A stretch of DNA of 64,000 nt from the NCBI GenBank assembly GCA_964016885.1, contig OZ024743.1, positions 92,504,001-92,568,000 of the forward strand, written 5' to 3'. Position 1 is the first letter of the stretch. Every line of letters starts with the position of its first letter. Position numbers and translations under genes: made by a program. Below the pieces are notes generated by a model. That model saw only the letters and a program-made list of their open reading frames with translations. It was not told the DNA's origin and searched no databases. Below, in pieces: positions 10,653 through 24,449 of the stretch. Source of the stretch: Eledone cirrhosa (lineage: Eukaryota).

Positions 10653-11912
10653 TTTATTTTTTTAAAAAATTAATTTCTTTTCAGAGCTGTTTATTTTTTA
10701 CTTGGGTGAGCGCTTAGGAAACCGAGCTGCTGTAAACATTTCCCTTTTTCTTTCTTTAGTTAGTTTGATTTGCAAGCTTTTCTCTCCAGTGTCTGTTAGT
10801 TTCAAAATAATTATGCACGCAAACTTTTTCCTTTCTTTCAACTCTACCCTTCGCATACACACTACTGCAAACGTCTTATAGGCTACCGACTGCAAAAACA
10901 GAGTTTGTTGATAATTTCAGATATTTCGAACTTTTATTCCGTCCGCCTTCGGAAGTAGTGAGCCTGCTATATACGCTAGAAAATATTTATTGAACAAAGA
11001 TTTGGCTGCTTTTTCTAGCATGTAAAATGAGGGTCCATTTATACCACTTTCCATCCTAATCAGAAACCATCATTTTAACACCGAGATTCAAAGAAAAGCT
11101 CCCATCACAACTGCTATCACTTTCGCATTTCCCTCTGAAAATATTAAGTCGAAACGAAAGAAAGTATTGAGCCAACACTAAGTGTGTCTATCGGTCACAT
11201 AACGGGTTCCGGAGTCTACCTCTAATAGCTTTTGACACTAGAAAACACACTGGCAACCTTACTGCGGATGATAGCGAGTCTAAGAAGCTGATACAACCAA
11301 GCACACTCGCAGTCAGCGTCTGATACCTCGGTAAGGCGAGTGACAACTATGACAAAAAGTTCGTTGTTAGTGGACCAGCTCCTGCAAACGTCTTAGAAGC
11401 TACAGGCTGGAAAAACAGAGTTTGTTGATAATTTCCGATGTTTCAAAGTTATATTCCGTCCGCCTTCGGAAGTAGTGAGCCTGCTATATACTCTAGAAAA
11501 TATTTATTGAACAAAGATTTGGCTGCTTTTTCTAGCATGTAAAATGAGCACATTTCTTTAGAGCCGTTCGAATCGAAGATGATGGACATGTGTAATAATT
11601 AATTCGGAATGGGTATCGTAGCTAGTTATTTGGCCGAGTTATATAAACAAAAAGAGAACATAAGTTTTAAAGACAGCAATATCGACAACTATGCGATACT
11701 CTCGTAGTTAATAACGTGTGCTAATTTATAAATTAGATGAGATTTATGTAAAAGTTTATTAAGCAACCTAAATTGCTTGAAAATACTATGTTCTATGGTT
11801 GAAAGTATGAAAAATGTAAAACAGAAAATTAAAGTATAAAAATTACTGTAAAAGAAAGGTGTTTAGTGAGTTGTTTTATACAATAAAACTATTAAATTGA
11901 GTGTAAGATTTC

Positions 11913-12031
11913 GTTTACGGCCATATCCCGCTGAAAACACCGGTTCTCGTCCGATCACCGAAGTTAAGCAACGTCGAGCCTAGTTAGTACTTGGATGGGT
12001 GACCGCTTGGGAACCCTAGGTGCCGTAAGCG
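11913..12031 (+). rRNA. 5S_rRNA: 5S rRNA, copy 9
   Basis: Matches copy 1. Confidence 0.97.
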
Positions 12032-13291
12032 TTTATTTTTTTAAAAAATTAATTTCTTTTCAGAGCTGTTTATTTTTTACTTGGGTGAGCGCTTAGGAAA
12101 CCGAGCTGCTGTAAACATTTCCCTTTTTCTTTCTTTAGTTAGTTTGATTTGCAAGCTTTTCTCTCCAGTGTCTGTTAGTTTCAAAATAATTATGCACGCA
12201 AACTTTTTCCTTTCTTTCAACTCTACCCTTCGCATACACACTACTGCAAACGTCTTATAGGCTACCGACTGCAAAAACAGAGTTTGTTGATAATTTCAGA
12301 TATTTCGAACTTTTATTCCGTCCGCCTTCGGAAGTAGTGAGCCTGCTATATACGCTAGAAAATATTTATTGAACAAAGATTTGGCTGCTTTTTCTAGCAT
12401 GTAAAATGAGGGTCCATTTATACCACTTTCCATCCTAATCAGAAACCATCATTTTAACACCGAGATTCAAAGAAAAGCTCCCATCACAACTGCTATCACT
12501 TTCGCATTTCCCTCTGAAAATATTAAGTCGAAACGAAAGAAAGTATTGAGCCAACACTAAGTGTGTCTATCGGTCACATAACGGGTTCCGGAGTCTACCT
12601 CTAATAGCTTTTGACACTAGAAAACACACTGGCAACCTTACTGCGGATGATAGCGAGTCTAAGAAGCTGATACAACCAAGCACACTCGCAGTCAGCGTCT
12701 GATACCTCGGTAAGGCGAGTGACAACTATGACAAAAAGTTCGTTGTTAGTGGACCAGCTCCTGCAAACGTCTTAGAAGCTACAGGCTGGAAAAACAGAGT
12801 TTGTTGATAATTTCCGATGTTTCAAAGTTATATTCCGTCCGCCTTCGGAAGTAGTGAGCCTGCTATATACTCTAGAAAATATTTATTGAACAAAGATTTG
12901 GCTGCTTTTTCTAGCATGTAAAATGAGCACATTTCTTTAGAGCCGTTCGAATCGAAGATGATGGACATGTGTAATAATTAATTCGGAATGGGTATCGTAG
13001 CTAGTTATTTGGCCGAGTTATATAAACAAAAAGAGAACATAAGTTTTAAAGACAGCAATATCGACAACTATGCGATACTCTCGTAGTTAATAACGTGTGC
13101 TAATTTATAAATTAGATGAGATTTATGTAAAAGTTTATTAAGCAACCTAAATTGCTTGAAAATACTATGTTCTATGGTTGAAAGTATGAAAAATGTAAAA
13201 CAGAAAATTAAAGTATAAAAATTACTGTAAAAGAAAGGTGTTTAGTGAGTTGTTTTATACAATAAAACTATTAAATTGAGTGTAAGCTTTC

Positions 13292-13410
13292 GTTTACGGC
13301 CATATCCCGCTGAAAACACCGGTTCTCGTCCGATCACCGAAGTTAAGCAACGTCGAGCCTAGTTAGTACTTGGATGGGTGACCGCTTGGGAACCCTAGGT
13401 GCCGTAAGCG
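13292..13410 (+). rRNA. 5S_rRNA: 5S rRNA, copy 10
   Basis: Matches copy 1. Confidence 0.97.
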
Positions 13411-14670
13411 TTTATTTTTTTAAAAAGTTAATTTCTTTTCAGAGCTATTTATTTTTTAGTTCGGTGGCCGCTTAGGAAACCGAGCTGCTGTAAACATTTC
13501 CCTTTTTCTTTCTTTAGTTAGTTTGATTTGCAAGCTTTTCTCTCCAGTGTCTGTTAGTTTCAAAATAATTATGCACGCAAACTTTTTCCTTTCTTTCAAC
13601 TCTACCCTTCGCATACACACTACTGCAAACGTCTTATAGGCTACCGACTGCAAAAACAGAGTTTGTTGATAATTTCAGATATTTCGAACTTTTATTCCGT
13701 CCGCCTTCGGAAGTAGTGAGCCTGCTATATACGCTAGAAAATATTTATTGAACAAAGATTTGGCTGCTTTTTCTAGCATGTAAAATGAGGGTCCATTTAT
13801 ACCACTTTCCATCATAATCAGAAACCATCATTTTAACACCGAGATTCAAAGAAAAGCTCCCATCACAACTGCTATCACTTTCGCATTTCCCTCTGAAAAT
13901 ATTAAGTCGAAACGAAAGAAAGTATTGAGCCAACACTAAGTGTGTCTATCGGTCACATAACGGGTTCCGGAGCCTACCTCTAATAGCTTTTGACACTAGA
14001 AAACACACTGGCAACCTTACTGCGGATGATAGCGAGTCTAAGAAGCTGATACAACCAAGCACACTCGCAGTCAGCGTCTGATACCTCGGTAAGGCGAGTG
14101 ACAACTATGACAAAAAGTTCGTTGTTAGTGGACCAGCTCCTGCAAACGTCTTAGAAGCTACAGGCTGGAAAAACAGAGTTTGTTGATAATTTCCGATGTT
14201 TCAAAGTTATATTCCGTCCGCCTTCGGAAGTAGTGAGCCTGCTATATACTCTAGAAAATATTTATTGAACAAAGATTTGGCTGCTTTTTCTAGCATGTAA
14301 AATGAGCACATTTCTTTAGAGCCGTTCGAATCGAAGATGATGGACATGTGTAATAATTAATTCGGAATGGGTATCGTAGCTAGTTATTTGGCCGAGTTAT
14401 ATAAACAAAAAGAGAACATAAGTTTTAAAGACAGCAATATCGACAACTATGCGATACTCTCGTAGTTAATAACGTGTGCTAATTTATAAATTAGATGAGA
14501 TTTATGTAAAAGTTTATTAAGCAACCTAAATTGCTTGAAAATACTATGTTCTATGGTTGAAAGTATGAAAAATGTAAAACAGAAAATTAAAGTATAAAAA
14601 TTACTGTAAAAGAAAGGTGTTTAGTGAGTTGTTTTATACAATAAAACTATTAAATTGAGTGTAAGATTTC

Positions 14671-14789
14671 GTTTACGGCCATATCCCGCTGAAAACACCG
14701 GTTCTCGTCCGATCACCGAAGTTAAGCAACGTCGAGCCTAGTTAGTACTTGGATGGGTGACCGCTTGGGAACCCTAGGTGCCGTAAGCG
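14671..14789 (+). rRNA. 5S_rRNA: 5S rRNA, copy 11
   Basis: Matches copy 1. Confidence 0.97.
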
Positions 14790-16050
14790 TTTATTTTTTT
14801 AAAAAGTTAATTTCTTTTCAGAGCTATTTATTTTTTAGTTCGGTGGCCGCTTAGGAAACCGAGCTGCTGTAAACATTTCCCTTTTTCTTTCTTTAGTTAG
14901 TTTGATTTGCAAGCTTTTCTCTCCAGTGTCTGTTAGTTTCAAAATAATTATGCACGCAAACTTTTTCCTTTCTTTCAACTCTACCCTTCGCATACACACT
15001 ACTGCAAACGTCTTATAGGCTACCGACTGCAAAAACAGAGTTTGTTGATAATTTCAGATATTTCGAACTTTTATTCCGTCCGCCTTCGGAAGTAGTGAGC
15101 CTGCTATATACGCTAGAAAATATTTATTGAACAAAGATTTGGCTGCTTTTTCTAGCATGTAAAATGAGGGTCCATTTATACCACTTTCCATCCTAATCAG
15201 AAACCATCATTTTAACACCGAGATTCAAAGAAAAGCTCCCATCACAACTGCTATCACTTTCGCATTTCCCTCTGAAAATATTAAGTCGAAACGAAAGAAA
15301 GTATTGAGCCAACACTAAGTGTGTCTATCGGTCACATAACGGGTTCCGGAGCCTACCTCTAATAGCTTTTGACACTAGAAAACACACTGGCAACCTTACT
15401 GCGGATGATAGCGAGTCTAAGAAGCTGATACAACCAAGCAGACTCGCAGTCAGCGTCTGATACCTCGGTAAGGCGAGTGGCCAACTATGACAAAAAGTTC
15501 GTTGTTAGTGGACCAGCTCCTGCAAACGTCTTAGAAGCTACAGGCTGGAAAAACAGAGTTTGTTGATAATTTCCGATGTTTCAAAGTTATATTCCGTCCG
15601 CCTTCGGAAGTAGTGAGCCTGCTATATACTCTAGAAAATATTTATTGAACAAAGATTTGGCTGCTTTTTCTAGCATGTAAAATGAGCACATTTCTTTAGA
15701 GCCGTTCGAATCGAAGATGATGGACATGTGTAATAATTAATTCGGAATGGGTATCGTAGCTAGTTATTTGGCCGAGTTATATAAACAAAAGGAGAACATA
15801 AGTTTTAAAGACAGCAATATCGACAACTATGCGATACTCTCGTAGTTAATAACGTGTGCTAATTTATAAATTAGATGAGATTTATGTAAAAGTTTATTAA
15901 GCAACCTAAATTGCTTGAAAATACTATGTTCTATGGTTGAAAGTATGAAAAATGTAAAACAGAAAATTAAAGTATAAAAATTACTGTAAAAGAAAGGTGT
16001 TTAGTGAGTTGTTTTATACAATAAAACTATTAAATTGAGTGTAAGATTTC

Positions 16051-16169
16051 GTTTACGGCCATATCCCGCTGAAAACACCGGTTCTCGTCCGATCACCGAA
16101 GTTAAGCAACGTCGAGCCTAGTTAGTACTTGGATGGGTGACCGCTTGGGAACCCTAGGTGCCGTAAGCG
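16051..16169 (+). rRNA. 5S_rRNA: 5S rRNA, copy 12
   Basis: Matches copy 1. Confidence 0.97.
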
Positions 16170-17430
16170 TTTATTTTTTTAAAAAATTAATTTCTTTTCA
16201 GAGCTGTTTATTTTTTACTTGGGTGAGCGCTTAGGAAACCGAGCTGCTGTAAACATTTCCCTTTTTCTTTCTTTAGTTAGTTTGATTTGCAAGCTTTTCT
16301 CTCCAGTGTCTGTTAGTTTCAAAATAATTATGCACGCAAACTTTTTCCTTTCTTTCAACTCTACCCTTCGCATACACACTACTGCAAACGTCTTATAGGC
16401 TACCGACTGCAAAAACAGAGTTTGTTGATAATTTCAGATATTTCGAACTTTTATTCCGTCCGCCTTCGGAAGTAGTGAGCCTGCTATATACGCTAGAAAA
16501 TATTTATTGAACAAAGATTTGGCTGCTTTTTCTAGCATGTAAAATGAGGGTCCATTTATACCACTTTCCATCCTAATCAGAAACCATCATTTTAACACCG
16601 AGATTCAAAGAAAAGCTCCCATCACAACTGCTATCACTTTCGCATTTCCCTCTGAAAATATTAAGTCGAAACGAAAGAAAGTATTGAGCCAACACTAAGT
16701 GTGTCTATCGGTCACATAACGGGTTCCGGAGCCTACCTCTAATAGCTTTTGACACTAGAAAACACACTGGCAACCTTACTGCGGATGATAGCGAGTCTAA
16801 GAAGCTGATACAACCAAGCAGACTCGCAGTCAGCGTCTGATACCTCGGTAAGGCGAGTGGCCAACTATGACAAAAAGTTCGTTGTTAGTGGACCAGCTCC
16901 TGCAAACGTCTTAGAAGCTACAGGCTGGAAAAACAGAGTTTGTTGATAATTTCCGATGTTTCAAAGTTATATTCCGTCCGCCTTCGGAAGTAGTGAGCCT
17001 GCTATATACTCTAGAAAATATTTATTGAACAAAGATTTGGCTGCTTTTTCTAGCATGTAAAATGAGCACATTTCTTTAGAGCCGTTCGAATCGAAGATGA
17101 TGGACATGTGTAATAATTAATTCGGAATGGGTATCGTAGCTAGTTATTTGGCCGAGTTATATAAACAAAAGGAGAACATAAGTTTTAAAGACAGCAATAT
17201 CGACAACTATGCGATACTCTCGTAGTTAATAACGTGTGCTAATTTATAAATTAGATGAGATTTATGTAAAAGTTTATTAAGCAACCTAAATTGCTTGAAA
17301 ATACTATGTTCTATGGTTGAAAGTATGAAAAATGTAAAACAGAAAATTAAAGTATAAAAATTACTGTAAAAGAAAGGTGTTTAGTGAGTTGTTTTATACA
17401 ATAAAACTATTAAATTGAGTGTAAGATTTC

Positions 17431-17549
17431 GTTTACGGCCATATCCCGCTGAAAACACCGGTTCTCGTCCGATCACCGAAGTTAAGCAACGTCGAGCCTA
17501 GTTAGTACTTGGATGGGTGACCGCTTGGGAACCCTAGGTGCCGTAAGCG
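17431..17549 (+). rRNA. 5S_rRNA: 5S rRNA, copy 13
   Basis: Matches copy 1. Confidence 0.97.
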
Positions 17550-18810
17550 TTTATTTTTTTAAAAAGTTAATTTCTTTTCAGAGCTATTTATTTTTTAGTT
17601 CGGTGGCCGCTTAGGAAACCGAGCTGCTGTAAACATTTCCCTTTTTCTTTCTTTAGTTAGTTTGATTTGCAAGCTTTTCTCTCCAGTGTCTGTTAGTTTC
17701 AAAATAATTATGCACGCAAACTTTTTCCTTTCTTTCAACTCTACCCTTCGCATACACACTACTGCAAACGTCTTATAGGCTACCGACTGCAAAAACAGAG
17801 TTTGTTGATAATTTCAGATATTTCGAACTTTTATTCCGTCCGCCTTCGGAAGTAGTGAGCCTGCTATATACGCTAGAAAATATTTATTGAACAAAGATTT
17901 GGCTGCTTTTTCTAGCATGTAAAATGAGGGTCCATTTATACCACTTTCCATCCTAATCAGAAACCATCATTTTAACACCGAGATTCAAAGAAAAGCTCCC
18001 ATCACAACTGCTATCACTTTCGCATTTCCCTCTGAAAATATTAAGTCGAAACGAAAGAAAGTATTGAGCCAACACTAAGTGTGTCTATCGGTCACATAAC
18101 GGGTTCCGGAGCCTACCTCTAATAGCTTTTGACACTAGAAAACACACTGGCAACCTTACTGCGGATGATAGCGAGTCTAAGAAGCTGATACAACCAAGCA
18201 GACTCGCAGTCAGCGTCTGATACCTCGGTAAGGCGAGTGGCCAACTATGACAAAAAGTTCGTTGTTAGTGGACCAGCTCCTGCAAACGTCTTAGAAGCTA
18301 CAGGCTGGAAAAACAGAGTTTGTTGATAATTTCCGATGTTTCAAAGTTATATTCCGTCCGCCTTCGGAAGTAGTGAGCCTGCTATATACTCTAGAAAATA
18401 TTTATTGAACAAAGATTTGGCTGCTTTTTCTAGCATGTAAAATGAGCACATTTCTTTAGAGCCGTTCGAATCGAAGATGATGGACATGTGTAATAATTAA
18501 TTCGGAATGGGTATCGTAGCTAGTTATTTGGCCGAGTTATATAAACAAAAGGAGAACATAAGTTTTAAAGACAGCAATATCGACAACTATGCGATACTCT
18601 CGTAGTTAATAACGTGTGCTAATTTATAAATTAGATGAGATTTATGTAAAAGTTTATTAAGCAACCTAAATTGCTTGAAAATACTATGTTCTATGGTTGA
18701 AAGTATGAAAAATGTAAAACAGAAAATTAAAGTATAAAAATTACTGTAAAAGAAAGGTGTTTAGTGAGTTGTTTTATACAATAAAACTATTAAATTGAGT
18801 GTAAGATTTC

Positions 18811-18929
18811 GTTTACGGCCATATCCCGCTGAAAACACCGGTTCTCGTCCGATCACCGAAGTTAAGCAACGTCGAGCCTAGTTAGTACTTGGATGGGTGA
18901 CCGCTTGGGAACCCTAGGTGCCGTAAGCG
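18811..18929 (+). rRNA. 5S_rRNA: 5S rRNA, copy 14
   Basis: Matches copy 1. Confidence 0.97.
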
Positions 18930-20190
18930 TTTATTTTTTTAAAAAATTAATTTCTTTTCAGAGCTGTTTATTTTTTACTTGGGTGAGCGCTTAGGAAACC
19001 GAGCTGCTGTAAACATTTCCCTTTTTCTTTCTTTAGTTAGTTTGATTTGCAAGCTTTTCTCTCCAGTGTCTGTTAGTTTCAAAATAATTATGCACGCAAA
19101 CTTTTTCCTTTCTTTCAACTCTACCCTTCGCATACACACTACTGCAAACGTCTTATAGGCTACCGACTGCAAAAACAGAGTTTGTTGATAATTTCAGATA
19201 TTTCGAACTTTTATTCCGTCCGCCTTCGGAAGTAGTGAGCCTGCTATATACGCTAGAAAATATTTATTGAACAAAGATTTGGCTGCTTTTTCTAGCATGT
19301 AAAATGAGGGTCCATTTATACCACTTTCCATCCTAATCAGAAACCATCATTTTAACACCGAGATTCAAAGAAAAGCTCCCATCACAACTGCTATCACTTT
19401 CGCATTTCCTTCTGAAAATATTAAGTCGAAACGAAAGAAAGTATTGAGCCAACACTAAGTGTGTCTATCGGTCACATAACGGGTTCCGGAGCCTACCTCT
19501 AATAGCTTTTGACACTAGAAAACACACTGGCAACCTTACTGCGGATGATAGCGAGTCTAAGAAGCTGATACAACCAAGCAGACTCGCAGTCAGCGTCTGA
19601 TACCTCGGTAAGGCGAGTGGCCAACTATGACAAAAAGTTCGTTGTTAGTGGACCAGCTCCTGCAAACGTCTTAGAAGCTACAGGCTGGAAAAACAGAGTT
19701 TGTTGATAATTTCCGATGTTTCAAAGTTATATTCCGTCCGCCTTCGGAAGTAGTGAGCCTGCTATATACTCTAGAAAATATTTATTGAACAAAGATTTGG
19801 CTGCTTTTTCTAGCATGTAAAATGAGCACATTTCTTTAGAGCCGTTCGAATCGAAGATGATGGACATGTGTAATAATTAATTCGGAATGGGTATCGTAGC
19901 TAGTTATTTGGCCGAGTTATATAAACAAAAGGAGAACATAAGTTTTAAAGACAGCAATATCGACAACTATGCGATACTCTCGTAGTTAATAACGTGTGCT
20001 AATTTATAAATTAGATGAGATTTATGTAAAAGTTTATTAAGCAACCTAAATTGCTTGAAAATACTATGTTCTATGGTTGAAAGTATGAAAAATGTAAAAC
20101 AGAAAATTAAAGTATAAAAATTACTGTAAAAGAAAGGTGTTTAGTGAGTTGTTTTATACAATAAAACTATTAAATTGAGTGTAAGATTTC

Positions 20191-20309
20191 GTTTACGGCC
20201 ATATCCCGCTGAAAACACCGGTTCTCGTCCGATCACCGAAGTTAAGCAACGTCGAGCCTAGTTAGTACTTGGATGGGTGACCGCTTGGGAACCCTAGGTG
20301 CCGTAAGCG
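20191..20309 (+). rRNA. 5S_rRNA: 5S rRNA, copy 15
   Basis: Matches copy 1. Confidence 0.97.
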
Positions 20310-21570
20310 TTTATTTTTTTAAAAAATTAATTTCTTTTCAGAGCTGTTTATTTTTTACTTGGGTGAGCGCTTAGGAAACCGAGCTGCTGTAAACATTTCC
20401 CTTTTTCTTTCTTTAGTTAGTTTGATTTGCAAGCTTTTCTCTCCAGTGTCTGTTAGTTTCAAAATAATTATGCACGCAAACTTTTTCCTTTCTTTCAACT
20501 CTACCCTTCGCATACACACTACTGCAAACGTCTTATAGGCTACCGACTGCAAAAACAGAGTTTGTTGATAATTTCAGATATTTCGAACTTTTATTCCGTC
20601 CGCCTTCGGAAGTAGTGAGCCTGCTATATACGCTAGAAAATATTTATTGAACAAAGATTTGGCTGCTTTTTCTAGCATGTAAAATGAGGGTCCATTTATA
20701 CCACTTTCCATCCTAATCAGAAACCATCATTTTAACACCGAGATTCAAAGAAAAGCTCCCATCACAACTGCTATCACTTTCGCATTTCCCTCTGAAAATA
20801 TTAAGTCGAAACGAAAGAAAGTATTGAGCCAACACTAAGTGTGTCTATCGGTCACATAACGGGTTCCGGAGCCTACCTCTAATAGCTTTTGACACTAGAA
20901 AACACACTGGCAACCTTACTGCGGATGATAGCGAGTCTAAGAAGCTGATACAACCAAGCAGACTCGCAGTCAGCGTCTGATACCTCGGTAAGGCGAGTGG
21001 CCAACTATGACAAAAAGTTCGTTGTTAGTGGACCAGCTCCTGCAAACGTCTTAGAAGCTACAGGCTGGAAAAACAGAGTTTGTTGATAATTTCCGATGTT
21101 TCAAAGTTATATTCCGTCCGCCTTCGGAAGTAGTGAGCCTGCTATATACTCTAGAAAATATTTATTGAACAAAGATTTGGCTGCTTTTTCTAGCATGTAA
21201 AATGAGCACATTTCTTTAGAGCCGTTCGAATCGAAGATGATGGACATGTGTAATAATTAATTCGGAATGGGTATCGTAGCTAGTTATTTGGCCGAGTTAT
21301 ATAAACAAAAGGAGAACATAAGTTTTAAAGACAGCAATATCGACAACTATGCGATACTCTCGTAGTTAATAACGTGTGCTAATTTATAAATTAGATGAGA
21401 TTTATGTAAAAGTTTATTAAGCAACCTAAATTGCTTGAAAATACTATGTTCTATGGTTGAAAGTATGAAAAATGTAAAACAGAAAATTAAAGTATAAAAA
21501 TTACTGTAAAAGAAAGGTGTTTAGTGAGTTGTTTTATACAATAAAACTATTAAATTGAGTGTAAGATTTC

Positions 21571-21689
21571 GTTTACGGCCATATCCCGCTGAAAACACCG
21601 GTTCTCGTCCGATCACCGAAGTTAAGCAACGTCGAGCCTAGTTAGTACTTGGATGGGTGACCGCTTGGGAACCCTAGGTGCCGTAAGCG
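21571..21689 (+). rRNA. 5S_rRNA: 5S rRNA, copy 16
   Basis: Matches copy 1. Confidence 0.97.
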
Positions 21690-22950
21690 TTTATTTTTTT
21701 AAAAAATTAATTTCTTTTCAGAGCTGTTTATTTTTTACTTGGGTGAGCGCTTAGGAAACCGAGCTGCTGTAAACATTTCCCTTTTTCTTTCTTTAGTTAG
21801 TTTGATTTGCAAGCTTTTCTCTCCAGTGTCTGTTAGTTTCAAAATAATTATGCACGCAAACTTTTTCCTTTCTTTCAACTCTACCCTTCGCATACACACT
21901 ACTGCAAACGTCTTATAGGCTACCGACTGCAAAAACAGAGTTTGTTGATAATTTCAGATATTTCGAACTTTTATTCCGTCCGCCTTCGGAAGTAGTGAGC
22001 CTGCTATATACACTAGAAAATATTTATTGAACAAAGATTTGGCTGCTTTTTCTAGCATGTAAAATGAGGGTCCATTTATACCACTTTCCATCCTAATCAG
22101 AAACCATCATTTTAACACCGAGATTCAAAGAAAAGCTCCCATCACAACTGCTATCACTTTCGCATTTCCCTCTGAAAATATTAAGTCGAAACGAAAGAAA
22201 GTATTGAGCCAACACTAAGTGTGTCTATCGGTCACATAACGGGTTCCGGAGCCTACCTCTAATAGCTTTTGACACTAGAAAACACACTGGCAACCTTACT
22301 GCGGATGATAGCGAGTCTAAGAAGCTGATACAACCAAGCAGACTCGCAGTCAGCGTCTGATACCTCGGTAAGGCGAGTGGCCAACTATGACAAAAAGTTC
22401 GTTGTTAGTGGACCAGCTCCTGCAAACGTCTTAGAAGCTACAGGCTGGAAAAACAGAGTTTGTTGATAATTTCCGATGTTTCAAAGTTATATTCCGTCCG
22501 CCTTCGGAAGTAGTGAGCCTGCTATATACTCTAGAAAATATTTATTGAACAAAGATTTGGCTGCTTTTTCTAGCATGTAAAATGAGCACATTTCTTTAGA
22601 GCCGTTCGAATCGAAGATGATGGACATGTGTAATAATTAATTCGGAATGGGTATCGTAGCTAGTTATTTGGCCGAGTTATATAAACAAAAGGAGAACATA
22701 AGTTTTAAAGACAGCAATATCGACAACTATGCGATACTCTCGTAGTTAATAACGTGTGCTAATTTATAAATTAGATGAGATTTATGTAAAAGTTTATTAA
22801 GCAACCTAAATTGCTTGAAAATACTATGTTCTATGGTTGAAAGTATGAAAAATGTAAAACAGAAAATTAAAGTATAAAAATTACTGTAAAAGAAAGGTGT
22901 TTAGTGAGTTGTTTTATACAATAAAACTATTAAATTGAGTGTAAGATTTC

Positions 22951-23069
22951 GTTTACGGCCATATCCCGCTGAAAACACCGGTTCTCGTCCGATCACCGAA
23001 GTTAAGCAACGTCGAGCCTAGTTAGTACTTGGATGGGTGACCGCTTGGGAACCCTAGGTGCCGTAAGCG
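22951..23069 (+). rRNA. 5S_rRNA: 5S rRNA, copy 17
   Basis: Matches copy 1. Confidence 0.97.
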
Positions 23070-24330
23070 TTTATTTTTTTAAAAAATTAATTTCTTTTCA
23101 GAGCTGTTTATTTTTTACTTGGGTGAGCGCTTAGGAAACCGAGCTGCTGTAAACATTTCCCTTTTTCTTTCTTTAGTTAGTTTGATTTGCAAGCTTTTCT
23201 CTCCAGTGTCTGTTAGTTTCAAAATAATTATGCACGCAAACTTTTTCCTTTCTTTCAACTCTACCCTTCGCATACACACTACTGCAAACGTCTTATAGGC
23301 TACCGACTGCAAAAACAGAGTTTGTTGATAATTTCAGATATTTCGAACTTTTATTCCGTCCGCCTTCGGAAGTAGTGAGCCTGCTATATACGCTAGAAAA
23401 TATTTATTGAACAAAGATTTGGCTGCTTTTTCTAGCATGTAAAATGAGGGTCCATTTATACCACTTTCCATCCTAATCAGAAACCATCATTTTAACACCG
23501 AGATTCAAAGAAAAGCTCCCATCACAACTGCTATCACTTTCGCATTTCCCTCTGAAAATATTAAGTCGAAACGAAAGAAAGTATTGAGCCAACACTAAGT
23601 GTGTCTATCGGTCACATAACGGGTTCCGGAGCCTACCTCTAATAGCTTTTGACACTAGAAAACACACTGGCAACCTTACTGCGGATGATAGCGAGTCTAA
23701 GAAGCTGATACAACCAAGCAGACTCGCAGTCAGCGTCTGATACCTCGGTAAGGCGAGTGGCCAACTATGACAAAAAGTTCGTTGTTAGTGGACCAGCTCC
23801 TGCAAACGTCTTAGAAGCTACAGGCTGGAAAAACATAGTTTGTTGATAATTTCCGATGTTTCAAAGTTATATTCCGTCCGCCTTCGGAAGTAGTGAGCCT
23901 GCTATATACTCTAGAAAATATTTATTGAACAAAGATTTGGCTGCTTTTTCTAGCATGTAAAATGAGCACATTTCTTTAGAGCCGTTCGAATCGAAGATGA
24001 TGGACATGTGTAATAATTAATTCGGAATGGGTATCGTAGCTAGTTATTTGGCCGAGTTATATAAACAAAAAGAGAACATAAGTTTTAAAGACAGCAATAT
24101 CGACAACTATGCGATACTCTCGTAGTTAATAACGTGTGCTAATTTATAAATTAGATGAGATTTATGTAAAAGTTTATTAAGCAACCTAAATTGCTTGAAA
24201 ATACTATGTTCTATGGTTGAAAGTATGAAAAATGTAAAACAGAAAATTAAAGTATAAAAATTACTGTAAAAGAAAGGTGTTTAGTGAGTTGTTTTATACA
24301 ATAAAACTATTAAATTGAGTGTAAGATTTC

Positions 24331-24449
24331 GTTTACGGCCATATCCCGCTGAAAACACCGGTTCTCGTCCGATCACCGAAGTTAAGCAACGTCGAGCCTA
24401 GTTAGTACTTGGATGGGTGACCGCTTGGGAACCCTAGGTGCCGTAAGCG
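24331..24449 (+). rRNA. 5S_rRNA: 5S rRNA, copy 18
   Basis: Matches copy 1. Confidence 0.97.
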
